This document shows, piece after piece, positions 18,614 through 27,657 of a DNA stretch of 61,316 bases. Within the stretch, counting starts at the first letter, position 1; each line of letters begins with the position of its first letter. Source of the DNA: a virus (Duplodnaviria; Caudoviricetes); IMG/VR virus record IMGVR_UViG_3300050119_000050, positions 1 through 61,316 of that record, one strand, 5' to 3'. The position numbers were made by a program, and so were the translations under genes. The notes below the pieces were generated by a model. That model was not told the DNA's origin. It searched no databases and saw only the letters and a list, made by a program, of their open reading frames with translations.

Positions 18614-20896
18614 CTACTTCCGAAGCCGTGGGCCTATCCAGCCCTCTGCCGTGATGGGCATGTTGGGAGCCCAGTCTGGCACTTCGGACATGATAGCCTC
18701 AAATTCGTGAAGTTCGCAAGTCCCAATATCACCTTCCGCGATGACCTCGTCGTGGATCGAAAGCAGCAGCGCGAATTGATCCATCTGATCGATGCGAAGC
18801 ATCGCTTCGGCGAGCAGATCGCGCGATGATGCCTGATCGTAGTTCTCGACCAGCGATCCTCCGTGAGTGCCGCAGCGCTTCCACTGTTTGGTGTAGGTGT
18901 CGCGACCCATGAACGAAAGATGCGGCGAGATGAAACTCTCGGGCGCGTCAGGCAGCAGCGTCTTGCCCTGCTTCTCCGCCATCTTCTCGGCGTGCCAGCG
19001 CACGCGGTGTTGCGGGACGCTCTTCTTGGCCGGGAAGTTGACAGTCGTCGGGCGACCGCGCGCATTGAGCGCGGCGAAGCGGTACGTGACGCGCATGTTG
19101 ACGCGCGGATAGAGATAGGCGAGCAGTCGGCCGCTCGGCAAGCGACAGTGCAGGAAGTTGCGATCATCGGACATGAAGTAGCTGACCGAACCGATCCCAA
19201 ACTCGTCACCGCCGCAATAGTATTCAGTGCCCGGATCGAGCACGGCGTTGATCGCGGCGCGCTCACTGTCACGCCACAACTGCGGGACCTCGGGGTATTT
19301 GTCTTTGCGATAGATGCGAACGACCATCTGGCAGAACTCATCGTCGAGCCAGATGCCCTCATCGTTCCAGACGGTCATCTGGAATTTTTCCCAGCCCATC
19401 GCGTAGCCGAGACCCAAGATGGCTTTCTTACCGAGGTTGCGCTCTGACTTGTCGGCCTTGGTGATCAGGCGACCATAGATGCCTGACGCCATGTCGCAGT
19501 AAATATCCTGCCCGGGAACGAACATCCCCAACATGGGAGCGCAGCCGGAGAGCCACGCGAGCTTGCGCGCTTCGATAGCGTTGAAGTCGGCGGCGTAAAT
19601 CTCTTTGCCCGGCGATGCGACCAGCGCACCACGGCAGGCCTTGGCCAATGCAACCATTGGCTCGCCCCACATCATGGTGATGAGTTCGCGGTCGAGCGTC
19701 ATGATGTCGCGCCACGCGTCGCCCATCTCGTCGAGCCCGTCCGACGTCAGCTTGTCCTTGTAGCCGCCGCCGTAGCCGCGCACGAAGTTGTGTGGCTGCA
19801 CGCCCTTGCCACTCCAGCGGCCGGTCCGGTCGGCCCCGTTATAGAGCATGATGTCGTGGAGCTTATTGTCTGGGCAGACCGAGAGAAGCATGCGCTTGTA
19901 TTTCGCAACGGAAGATCGGTTGACCTCCATGCAGATGCGCAGCGCGCGATTGACGCGAGCACCTTCCTCGCCGAGCGCGTCCCATTTCTCTTTCGCGATG
20001 GGCTCGGCCGCCTCGCGCGCCTCGTCGCCCGCCTTGGTGGGGACGCCGTCGAGCGCAAACGAGAGCGTGTCGGCTTTGGTGTTGATCAGCGGCTCCTCGC
20101 CCAGCGAGACGAGCTTGCCATTGGCCCACGCGAGCATTGCCTTGCGCTGCGATCCCTTGCCAACGACACCACCAGTGATGTCGCTCAGTTCACCGTTGAG
20201 GCGGATCGCTTCGAGCCCGGCGAGGCCGAGCGCGGCCTCCGCGCCTTCGCGGTCAAGCGTGATGCCCCGAAGGTTCATCCGCATGTCCATCAACCAATAC
20301 TCGCGCTCGCGTGGTGTCATCTCCGGACAGAACTTGGAGAGGCCGCGCTCGGCCTTCACATCGCCCTTACAGTAAACCCAGTTGGCGCGATGCTCGGCCT
20401 CTTCCTCGCAGAACGCTATGACACCGTCGCCCTTGTTTTTGCCGCGCCGGATCATCGGCTTCGAGAGTTTGTTGATCAGGCGCTTGCCATCTGCGATCTT
20501 GTGGTCAGGCAGGCCGACTGACGTGACCGCGTCTTCAAGCGAGCGCGGCAGTGATACGCACGACGCCTTCGCGGCCGAGCAGTACAGTTGCTCCAGCGCG
20601 ATCTCGACATCGAACTCGGGAAACTCGCGGCGAAGGGAAATATTCCAGATGTTGAACTCGAACCCGGCGTTGTGTGCTTCGACCGGCTCACCGGAGCGGA
20701 TGCGCTCGATCAGTTCGTCGGGTCGCTCACTCTTCTCGATCCATGGGTGATCGCGATGCCAGAGATGAAACTCGTCTTCGTCATCGTATGCCCACGCGAG
20801 GCATAGCGCTTGTGTGCTGACGTCGAACGCATAGCGCCGCGCACCCCACTTGATGAGGTCCGCAGCGCTTCTCGTCTCGAAATCGATGGTAATTAT
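18614..20896 (-). CDS. Family A DNA polymerase with 3'-5' exonuclease; probable ATA start
   Basis: Open frame of 760 codons; Exo I IDFET, Exo II HNAGFE, RTGRWS, motif A ADFNAIEAR, motif B RNLGKKAILGLGY, motif C IHDE. Confidence 0.92.
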   Translation of the reverse strand: MITIDFETRSAADLIKWGARRYAFDVSTQALCLAWAYDDEDEFHLWHRDHPWIEKSERPDELIERIRSGEPVEAHNAGFEFNIWNISLRREFPEFDVEIALEQLYCSAAKASCVSLPRSLEDAVTSVGLPDHKIADGKRLINKLSKPMIRRGKNKGDGVIAFCEEEAEHRANWVYCKGDVKAERGLSKFCPEMTPREREYWLMDMRMNLRGITLDREGAEAALGLAGLEAIRLNGELSDITGGVVGKGSQRKAMLAWANGKLVSLGEEPLINTKADTLSFALDGVPTKAGDEAREAAEPIAKEKWDALGEEGARVNRALRICMEVNRSSVAKYKRMLLSVCPDNKLHDIMLYNGADRTGRWSGKGVQPHNFVRGYGGGYKDKLTSDGLDEMGDAWRDIMTLDRELITMMWGEPMVALAKACRGALVASPGKEIYAADFNAIEARKLAWLSGCAPMLGMFVPGQDIYCDMASGIYGRLITKADKSERNLGKKAILGLGYAMGWEKFQMTVWNDEGIWLDDEFCQMVVRIYRKDKYPEVPQLWRDSERAAINAVLDPGTEYYCGGDEFGIGSVSYFMSDDRNFLHCRLPSGRLLAYLYPRVNMRVTYRFAALNARGRPTTVNFPAKKSVPQHRVRWHAEKMAEKQGKTLLPDAPESFISPHLSFMGRDTYTKQWKRCGTHGGSLVENYDQASSRDLLAEAMLRIDQMDQFALLLSIHDEVIAEGDIGTCELHEFEAIMSEVPDWAPNMPITAEGWIGPRLRK

Positions 20897-21324
20897 GGCA
20901 GCCTCCCATAGAAGTCTGCAATCTTGCGAAGTTCTGCGACCGTCGCCTGCCCCTTCAACAGATTGGCGCGAAGGCTGATGACGATCACGTTGCCCTTCAC
21001 GTAGCCAAGATGGTTGTGGATGCGGTCGAGCGACGCGGCATTTGGGTTCTCATACAGCTTGCGTCCACGTCCCGGTCCATAAGCCAACCTCATGCCGAGC
21101 ACGGGGCAGTGCGTCGGCAACGGCACCAGATCGGTGTAGACGAGATCGAACGGAATACCCTTGCGGCGTGCCCGCCGCCGCGCGTTCTGGAGCAACGCCT
21201 TCTCCGGGTTCGCTGCTACCCATGCCGCGAGCTTAGCCGCCATCACTCCCGGCGCAGCGGGCTTGCTAGCCCTCCAGCGTGCGGTGTTGACGCGGCATTG
21301 CTCTCGGCGGGCGAGTGTGATCAA
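20893..21324 (-). CDS. Free-standing HNH-type homing endonuclease
   Basis: CPVLG...SLDRIHNHLGYVKGNVIVISLRAN. Confidence 0.85.
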   Translation of the reverse strand: MITLARREQCRVNTARWRASKPAAPGVMAAKLAAWVAANPEKALLQNARRRARRKGIPFDLVYTDLVPLPTHCPVLGMRLAYGPGRGRKLYENPNAASLDRIHNHLGYVKGNVIVISLRANLLKGQATVAELRKIADFYGRLP

Positions 21325-21335
21325 ATGGAAAGGAC

Positions 21336-21638
21336 CTACGCGAGGTTCATTCCGTCGATGCCCTGCCCACCGTAGGGCACGTGCTCGGCTACGGTGCGGG
21401 TCAGCGTCGTTGAGATATCACCGACCTCGTCACGTTTTTGCGTCTGGACGACGCGGAGAGATGGCTGGAGAAATTCCTTGAGCGAGCCCTTCAGCACCGC
21501 GCGAGCGTCGACGACGTTCTGGTGGTTGAGGGCGCGATCTTTATCGGCGGCGGAAGTGGCGACGACTACAGCGAGGATGAGGGCTTCGATACTTTCAGTG
21601 ACGAGTTCAAGCTTGGTCTCAATTACAGGATGCGACAT
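21336..21638 (-). CDS. Hypothetical protein
   Basis: GGAG RBS; upstream TTGACA-16-TATGGT promoter. Confidence 0.6.
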   Translation of the reverse strand: MSHPVIETKLELVTESIEALILAVVVATSAADKDRALNHQNVVDARAVLKGSLKEFLQPSLRVVQTQKRDEVGDISTTLTRTVAEHVPYGGQGIDGMNLA

Positions 21639-21709
21639 GCAGGCAACTCCAGTTTGCTTTTCAGCCGAACCATAGAGCGATGTTCGTTCATGTCAAGTCC
21701 TCAAATGGT

Positions 21710-22061
21710 TGGGGCCGCAATCATTTCTGACTGCGGCCCCTGTCGGCCCCGTGATCTCACGGACGGATCAGCAGTTTCGGAAAACCGCTTACGGCACTGT
21801 GGCCCCGATTAGGAAATTAAATCGCAGGCGCGCTTCGGGATCGAACCGACACACCCGTCACTATTGGTCAACTAGGAGAAGTCACCGGCCTTGTCGGCAT
21901 CTCCAGCGGGTTCACTAGATACCCCGCCCTAACCCAGTGGCCTGCGGAGAGACGGGAGACCAACGGGCTCAAGAATGGCCCGTCGATATCTCCGTCGCTC
22001 TAGCGACCGCGTGTTTTGTCAGGCCTTTACAGCCCCGGCGTCGCGACGCCTGACGCGGTCG
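21710..22061 (-). ncRNA. Candidate structured RNA region including a 124-nt tRNA-like element (21823-21946)
   Basis: CGCAGGC/GCCTGCG closing stem; TCGG-TTCGATC-CCGA T-arm; several further hairpins; terminal hairpin at 21711-21740. Confidence 0.5.
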
Positions 22062-22066
22062 TGTCG

Positions 22067-22699
22067 TTAGCCCAGATCGTCATCATCGTTGGTGAGATCG
22101 TCGTCATCACCACCGCCGGTGAAGCCCTCGGCCGGATCATCGCCGAAGTCATCCTCGGCCGACGTGAAGCCCTCGAAGCTCTCGTCATCGCCAAGCTTCT
22201 GGATGTTGCCCAGACCGATGGCGAGGCCCTTACCGATGTTGTCGAAGGCGTAGGGGTTGACGGACGCACGCGCCCAGCAACCGGCGTAGAACTCCTCGGC
22301 GTTTTCCGGCGTGATCGGATTGCTGTTCACGTCGAGAATTTGCGGACGGCGTTTGGAGTTCGCCATCGAGAAGTAAATCATGTCGGGGTCGCCGTAGCCC
22401 TGATAGGTCTTCTCGTCGCCCTTGTGAAACGGGATTTTGAACTCCCGGTTCGCCTTCATGGTCTTCAGGTCCTTCTTGAAAAATTCCTGACAGACCTCGC
22501 CGAGCTTGGCGCGGATGGCCTGCCACTTCGCAGTGTCCGACGCCGTGAACTGCTTGGGATAGAACAAGCCGACGAGCGAGAAGCGCGGCGTGCCGCCGTT
22601 GTATGAGCCGCGTTCGAAGACTTGGGGGAAGCTGACGCGGAATTTCGGGGTCAGCAGACGGGAGCCGGATTTGGTCGCGGCTGTGGCGTTGGTTGCCAT
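22067..22699 (-). CDS. Single-stranded DNA-binding protein (DUF2815 / gp2.5-like)
   Basis: FRVSFPQVF, EFYAGCWARAS, GLGNIQKLGDDE; acidic tail. Confidence 0.88.
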   Translation of the reverse strand: MATNATAATKSGSRLLTPKFRVSFPQVFERGSYNGGTPRFSLVGLFYPKQFTASDTAKWQAIRAKLGEVCQEFFKKDLKTMKANREFKIPFHKGDEKTYQGYGDPDMIYFSMANSKRRPQILDVNSNPITPENAEEFYAGCWARASVNPYAFDNIGKGLAIGLGNIQKLGDDESFEGFTSAEDDFGDDPAEGFTGGGDDDDLTNDDDDLG

Positions 22700-22751
22700 G
22701 GTGTGTCCTTTCGATGTTGATGTGATTGATGATATGGACCGTTGGCGTGTG

Positions 22752-22781
22752 GGTCTTAACGATTTGTAAACCATATGTCAA
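22752..22781 (-). promoter_or_regulatory. SSB promoter overlapped by a CtrA-like box
   Basis: TTGACA-17-TAAGAC; TTAA-N7-TAAAC at 22756-22771. Confidence 0.6.
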
Positions 22782-22784
22782 CAG

Positions 22785-23192
22785 TTATTTTGGGAGCCCC
22801 TTGACATAATCGAGAGCACGCTGAAGCCCCGCCGCGTCGTCGCCGAGTTTGCCAAGCCCGGTATTGCAATGGAAGCACAGCCATCCCCGATGACACTCCA
22901 GCGCCGAGAAACCTTGTGCTTCCAGCCTGTGATCATGGTCCCAATACAGCTTGCGCGGTCGCTGACATAGATCGCAGTGCCCGGCCTTGATCGGGGGCGG
23001 CATCAGCGCGAGCCGGACCTTCTGCTTTCTTATCCAATAGTGTTGCTCCGCCAGCTTAGTTGATGGCCTTGCACGATAGGCACGTTGCGACTTCCTGACA
23101 TTCGGACTGAGATTGGTCAGCCGAACACATTCAATGCATCGCCCGCTGTTCGCGTATCGACCGGACGTATGACCATGGGAGCAGGGTTTCAT
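22785..23192 (-). CDS. Endonuclease VII-like (His-Me) homing endonuclease
   Basis: CDLC...WDHDH...RGWLCFHCNTGLG; N-terminal CSHGH...CIEC. Confidence 0.85.
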   Translation of the reverse strand: MKPCSHGHTSGRYANSGRCIECVRLTNLSPNVRKSQRAYRARPSTKLAEQHYWIRKQKVRLALMPPPIKAGHCDLCQRPRKLYWDHDHRLEAQGFSALECHRGWLCFHCNTGLGKLGDDAAGLQRALDYVKGLPK

Positions 23193-23578
23193 TTTCGGAG
23201 GACTTGACACTTTATTTTGGTCTTGCCCAGCAGCACCGATGCCGTCGCCCGATGATTGCCGTCCCAGAGCAGAAACCATCCCCCACGCATTGGGATGACC
23301 GTGGGGAGCTTCTTGAGCGGGTGACGCCGTAGCTGATAGATCAGGCGGCGCGGGCCCAGACAGCCCTGCGTGCTCTTCACACGGTCGGCCCTGATCCATT
23401 GAACCTTCTCATACGCGTGCACCGCTGTTTTCTCCGCGCGCAACTCTTCGGCGCGCGTGCAGCGGGGGAAGAATGTCTGCTTGATGTAGCAGTACCCGGA
23501 CCTTGCGGGTCGCGTGCATCGCTGATCGCGATAGCGCGTCAGATGGCTCACCACGTTGATCGCATGCTCGCGTTTCAT
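23189..23578 (-). CDS. ParB/Srx-like domain protein
   Basis: LPTVI...LLWDGNHRATA. Confidence 0.6.
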   Translation of the reverse strand: MKREHAINVVSHLTRYRDQRCTRPARSGYCYIKQTFFPRCTRAEELRAEKTAVHAYEKVQWIRADRVKSTQGCLGPRRLIYQLRRHPLKKLPTVIPMRGGWFLLWDGNHRATASVLLGKTKIKCQVLRK

Positions 23579-23757
23579 CTTATGCGCCTGACCCCGTCTC
23601 TGATATCTCTGCGACACTCCCCGCACACGATCACGGAGTGCGGGCGTTTGTAGTTCGGCTTCGGGCAGACGAGCCAGAGAGCTTTCGAGCAGATGTCGCA
23701 TCTCGCGTAGCCGAGAAATGGAAACGCCTCGATCAGCATCTCTTGCTCGCGTGTCAC
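23575..23757 (-). CDS. Small Cys-rich protein
   Basis: CDIC...CGEC; coupled overlaps. Confidence 0.5.
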   Translation of the reverse strand: MTREQEMLIEAFPFLGYARCDICSKALWLVCPKPNYKRPHSVIVCGECRRDIRDGVRRIR

Positions 23758-24419
23758 ACGAATGCCCTCCAGCCGAAGAACACGGCAGCACCGAGCAGCG
23801 CTCCCGGGATCACGTCGACCACGTAGTGCTGTTTGGTCTTGAGCGCCGACGTCGCGATGAGCAGCGGAAAGAGCAGGCCGACGTAACCGGCGACCGGCCA
23901 GTTCGAGCCGATGGTCAGGTCCACCATCATCGCCACGGAGACGTGCATGCTCGGAAGACTGTTGCGCAGCTTGTCATAGCTCCAGACCATGTTGAGCATG
24001 CGCATGGATCGGGGCCAGTGCGCTTCAGCGCTCGCGCGGCTGATAGTGCCCTTGTCGATATAGCTGTCCCGGACGATGCTGACCGGCATGTAATTCCGCC
24101 ACGACGCGGGGATCGCGACCGGCCAGAGCGTGAACATGGTGACCTGTATCGCGAGCAACGTCAGGAAGCATCCGACGCTGTAGGCGTAGGCCTGCCACGA
24201 TGGCACCGACAACGCGGCGAGCAAGATCATCGGGTAGTACAACCCGGAATAAATCCAGACCCAGCGCGGGTCAAAAGTGATTTTCGCGTCCCACTCCGTT
24301 TCGAAGTAGCGCGCCTCGAAGAACGTCTGGCGCTGCGCCCAGAAATAGAACTGGTAGCCGCCGACGATCAAGACCACGGTGATGAATAGTTCGAGCAGTC
24401 GGTCAAACAAATCCATCAC
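23754..24419 (-). CDS. PAP2-family membrane phosphatase/phosphotransferase (Aur1/Ipt1-like)
   Basis: Multiple TM helices; NSLPSMHV and KQHYVVDV catalytic motifs. Confidence 0.8.
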   Translation of the reverse strand: MMDLFDRLLELFITVVLIVGGYQFYFWAQRQTFFEARYFETEWDAKITFDPRWVWIYSGLYYPMILLAALSVPSWQAYAYSVGCFLTLLAIQVTMFTLWPVAIPASWRNYMPVSIVRDSYIDKGTISRASAEAHWPRSMRMLNMVWSYDKLRNSLPSMHVSVAMMVDLTIGSNWPVAGYVGLLFPLLIATSALKTKQHYVVDVIPGALLGAAVFFGWRAFV

Positions 24420-24733
24420 TGAAGCCCCGGGTCAAAGTTGATCATGTACTTGATCGCCATCGCTGCGATCTGACAGGCCTCTTTGCCCGCGTCGTCAGTG
24501 CGGCCGGTGTCGGCCTTTATGTGGTCCCAGAGTTCATCCTCCTCCTCCCGGATCACAGACATCGCTTCATGCGGAGACGCGAAGTTGAGGCCGTGCTTGA
24601 CCTCGGCTCGCATCAGTTCGGACTTAACAAGCTTCAGCGCTTGGTCAATCTGCCGCTCACGGCCCAAACCGAGAAACACGGATTGGCGGCTAATCGGGTT
24701 TGGCATCGAGTTCTCCGTTAGAGATGGCTTCAT
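24416..24733 (-). CDS. MazG-like nucleotide pyrophosphohydrolase
   Basis: FASPHEAMSVIREEEDELW...KEACQIAAMA. Confidence 0.7.
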   Translation of the reverse strand: MKPSLTENSMPNPISRQSVFLGLGRERQIDQALKLVKSELMRAEVKHGLNFASPHEAMSVIREEEDELWDHIKADTGRTDDAGKEACQIAAMAIKYMINFDPGLQ

Positions 24734-24856
24734 CGTGAAGCCGCTTGAGGATTTCTTGGAACGATGGCCCGGTCGGGTTGAGCGCCCACGTCTTACCGGC
24801 CTCGATCATGAGCCGACCGATCACTCGGCGGCGCTCGCATGCTCGACAAGCCATTG

Positions 24857-25520
24857 TCAGAAGTGGCTGTGTGGCCAGAGCGACCAGACGAGCAGCGCGA
24901 CCGCAACCGCCCAGCCGACGAGCGCAGAGACCCATGACCGGCTGTAGGACGTGATCGGCTCATCGTATACGGTCTGGTATCGAACTTGCGGACCATGATC
25001 GCGACCGTCCGGGCACATCGGGTGATTGCACACGATGTATAGCGTCTCGTCGGTCGAGCGACACGTTGGGCAGCGATACGGGATGTCCGGCCCGTGTTCG
25101 TCACTCATGGCCGTGGGCCTCCTCGTTGATCGTGAGACCGAAGATGTCCGGCCGCTCTTTCTTCATCTCCTCGGCGAGATCGCGACCGGAGAACCCGGCA
25201 GCGGTCGCGGGATTGATCGCCGCTGCCTCGTCTGCCATTGGAAGCTCGCCGTCGCGGATCGGCTTGACCACGTACATCCGCATGGGCGGCTGGGTCGTGT
25301 GACAGATACCGACCTCGATCACACCGCCGCCCATGAGGTTCGTGATCTCGTCGTGGCTCGGCTTCCATGTGCTGATGAGTTCGACGACTTGGCGTTCGCC
25401 CAGACATTCGGCGCGGACTTCGAGATCGCCGCACGGACCCTCCGTTTCGGGGTTCCAGTTTCCGGGTGCGCTGAAAAGGTGCGTCGCGCCGCGCGTGTTG
25501 GTCGGTTTCATGACTTCCAT
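24857..25520 (-). other. Two hypothetical ORFs (24857-25108 Zn-finger plus TM; 25101-25520)
   Basis: Coupled ORFs with RBS. Confidence 0.55.
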
Positions 25521-25654
25521 TCTCCAGTTGCTTTATACAAGACAAAACGGATTGGCCCGAACGCGAACAGATTTTTCTTTTCGCGTGGCCAGTATCCGAT
25601 GTGCCACGACAAAGGAAAAATCACAACTCCGAACCCGCGCTTCATGGGGACCTC

Positions 25655-26161
25655 CTAGAGTGGCATTTCAGGATGGGGGACGTCGACGAGCACGCTGCAC
25701 ATGAGCAGCACGTCGCGCGGCGAGATATGGTGGAAGGGAACGGCCAGCCACCACTGGAGGACACCGCCCTTACGCATCGCGGCAGCGGTGATGGCCGAGC
25801 AAATTAGTTCGCCCTGATGGTGCAAATTCCACGACGGGATGATGAAGCTGATGATCGACCGCCAGTCGTAGGCCTCTTTGTTGACCTTGCTTTCAAGGTA
25901 GCCATAGTAAGCATCGGACTGCTCTTGTGTGCACTCTATGGTGACGAAGAACTCATGCAGCAGCGTGGCCGCGTCGTAGCCCTTGGGCCGCTTCTGTAGG
26001 CCGCCGACGATGTGCTCGCCGTAGTACCATTGGCCATCGGGAGACACGCTCTCGACGTGGTTCGGGGTGAATGGCATGCAGATGCCCGCCTGCAAACGGA
26101 TGAGCCACGATATGAAGCCCTTCTCCGCAATGAAACGGATAACGATTTTTGCTTCGCTCAT
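25655..26161 (-). CDS. Permuted papain-like NlpC/P60 amidase (YiiX/YaeF-like)
   Basis: His before Cys: PNHVE...KEAYDW...LICSAI. Confidence 0.65.
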   Translation of the reverse strand: MSEAKIVIRFIAEKGFISWLIRLQAGICMPFTPNHVESVSPDGQWYYGEHIVGGLQKRPKGYDAATLLHEFFVTIECTQEQSDAYYGYLESKVNKEAYDWRSIISFIIPSWNLHHQGELICSAITAAAMRKGGVLQWWLAVPFHHISPRDVLLMCSVLVDVPHPEMPL

Positions 26162-27453
26162 GAGAAGTCGTCCTCTTCCTCGTCGTCGGTCATAAACTCG
26201 TTGGTCGCGTCTTCGAGCGCGGACACGGCCTCACGTGGATCATACATCGGCGCGATGGTCAAGCGTCCGTTTGGCGTGTAGGACAACTCGCTAACTTTCT
26301 GCTTGACGAGCTTGCGTTGCGGGCGGCCGACGCCGAGCTTCTCCAGTTGCGCGGGCGACTTCAGCTTCGGCGGCACATAGAGATCAGCAGCGTCGAGACC
26401 GACCTCTTCGGTCAGCACCGTGATCGCCTGCTCTTCACTGATGATGCGCCGGTTCGCGCGACCGCGCACCAGCTTCCACTCGGGCTCGCCGAACTCGCCG
26501 ACAACGTTTCCGTTTTCAAGCTCGCGCTGGATGTCGGCCTTAACCAGATTGCACCATGCCTCGATCACCGGAACCCATTTAGCCTTGTGGGCGAGCGCGA
26601 GGGAGCTTTTCGGAACGGGTAGCTGCTCGGGCGGCTCATCGTCGCGGAAATCCGCTCCAGCCTCTTCCAGCAGCATCTGGTCGTGTTCAACGCAGCGCGT
26701 CTTGGCCGGACACCACGCGCACCACTCGCCCGTCTTGCGCGGCGCGTCCGGCGCTCCCGTAGCTTCGGCTGCTGCCTTCATCTGGATTTCGTAGACCTTC
26801 AACTCGTCGACCGTGTAAGTGGCCGAGCGAACGAAGCCTTCGATGTGCGGCGCGTTCGGCTGCGAGATCGTGACCGTGACGCTCTCGACATCGGGATGCT
26901 CATGCAGAATGAACACCGCGTATTGCTTCAGTTGGTCGTTGTCATTGTGCTCGACCAAAATGCGACCGTTCTTGTGGTCGACCAGTTCGGCCTTGCCAAA
27001 TGGTTCGACGAGCGTGATGTCGGCGGTGCCTCCCAGACGACTGTCGAGCCACGTGCCGTCGAGATAGCGCTCGGTGAAAAGCTCGGTGCCCTCGCACATC
27101 TCCATCATGAGGCGGTCGACCTCATCGATAGTCTGCTGCACGCCTTCAACCATCTTCTCGTCGACAACGAACATGAACCATCCCGGGCGCGGGACGTCGG
27201 GATTGAGCGCGGGCTGTCCGGGCGCATAATACTCGGTCTCCTCATCGCCATCCGCCTTCACAAGGAAGGTCGCGCCAGCGAACTCGCGTGCGTCGCGGAT
27301 GATGCTCTGGAGCATGATCTCGATCAGCTTGTGCGCAGCGGTGCCCATCATCGCCGCATTGTTCGTCGACGACTGCTCGTCTCCGATCAAGGCGACGGAG
27401 CCGGGACAATTCATCCAGCGGTGCGAAGAGGACGGGCCAAGTTTCGCGTGCAT
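26158..27453 (-). CDS. DUF2800 Cas4-like PD-(D/E)xK exonuclease
   Basis: HAKLGPSSSHRWMNCPGS, GTAAH, GTAD, DHKNG, QLKQYA, CAWCPAKTRC, WKLVRGR. Confidence 0.9.
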   Translation of the reverse strand: MHAKLGPSSSHRWMNCPGSVALIGDEQSSTNNAAMMGTAAHKLIEIMLQSIIRDAREFAGATFLVKADGDEETEYYAPGQPALNPDVPRPGWFMFVVDEKMVEGVQQTIDEVDRLMMEMCEGTELFTERYLDGTWLDSRLGGTADITLVEPFGKAELVDHKNGRILVEHNDNDQLKQYAVFILHEHPDVESVTVTISQPNAPHIEGFVRSATYTVDELKVYEIQMKAAAEATGAPDAPRKTGEWCAWCPAKTRCVEHDQMLLEEAGADFRDDEPPEQLPVPKSSLALAHKAKWVPVIEAWCNLVKADIQRELENGNVVGEFGEPEWKLVRGRANRRIISEEQAITVLTEEVGLDAADLYVPPKLKSPAQLEKLGVGRPQRKLVKQKVSELSYTPNGRLTIAPMYDPREAVSALEDATNEFMTDDEEEDDFS

Positions 27454-27657
27454 GTCATGACCTTCCGTTGATCTTGACGCTGCCCACGAACACGCCAAGC
27501 GTGAGGATCGTGCCGACGATGGTGGCCGCGAACAGCGGTTTGTTGGGGATCGTAATCATGGGACACTCCAAGTTGAAAGATCGGTGGGCGCACCAGAGCG
27601 GACACGGGGATAGCTTGCGAGATGCTCGCCCGAAGGCCAGAGCCCTCATCCCTTACG

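Noticed and set aside
20893-21335. Group I intron in the DNA polymerase gene
   Set aside because: The HNH ORF fills the whole interval, leaving no room for a ribozyme core, and no P7-like elements were seen.
21741-21800. Hammerhead-like string CTGATCCGTCCGTGAG on the minus strand
   Set aside because: It lacks the CUGANGA core and a correctly placed GAAA.
26158-27453. Cas4 as evidence of a CRISPR system
   Set aside because: It is the DUF2800 nuclease of the usual DUF2800-DUF2815-PolA replication module.
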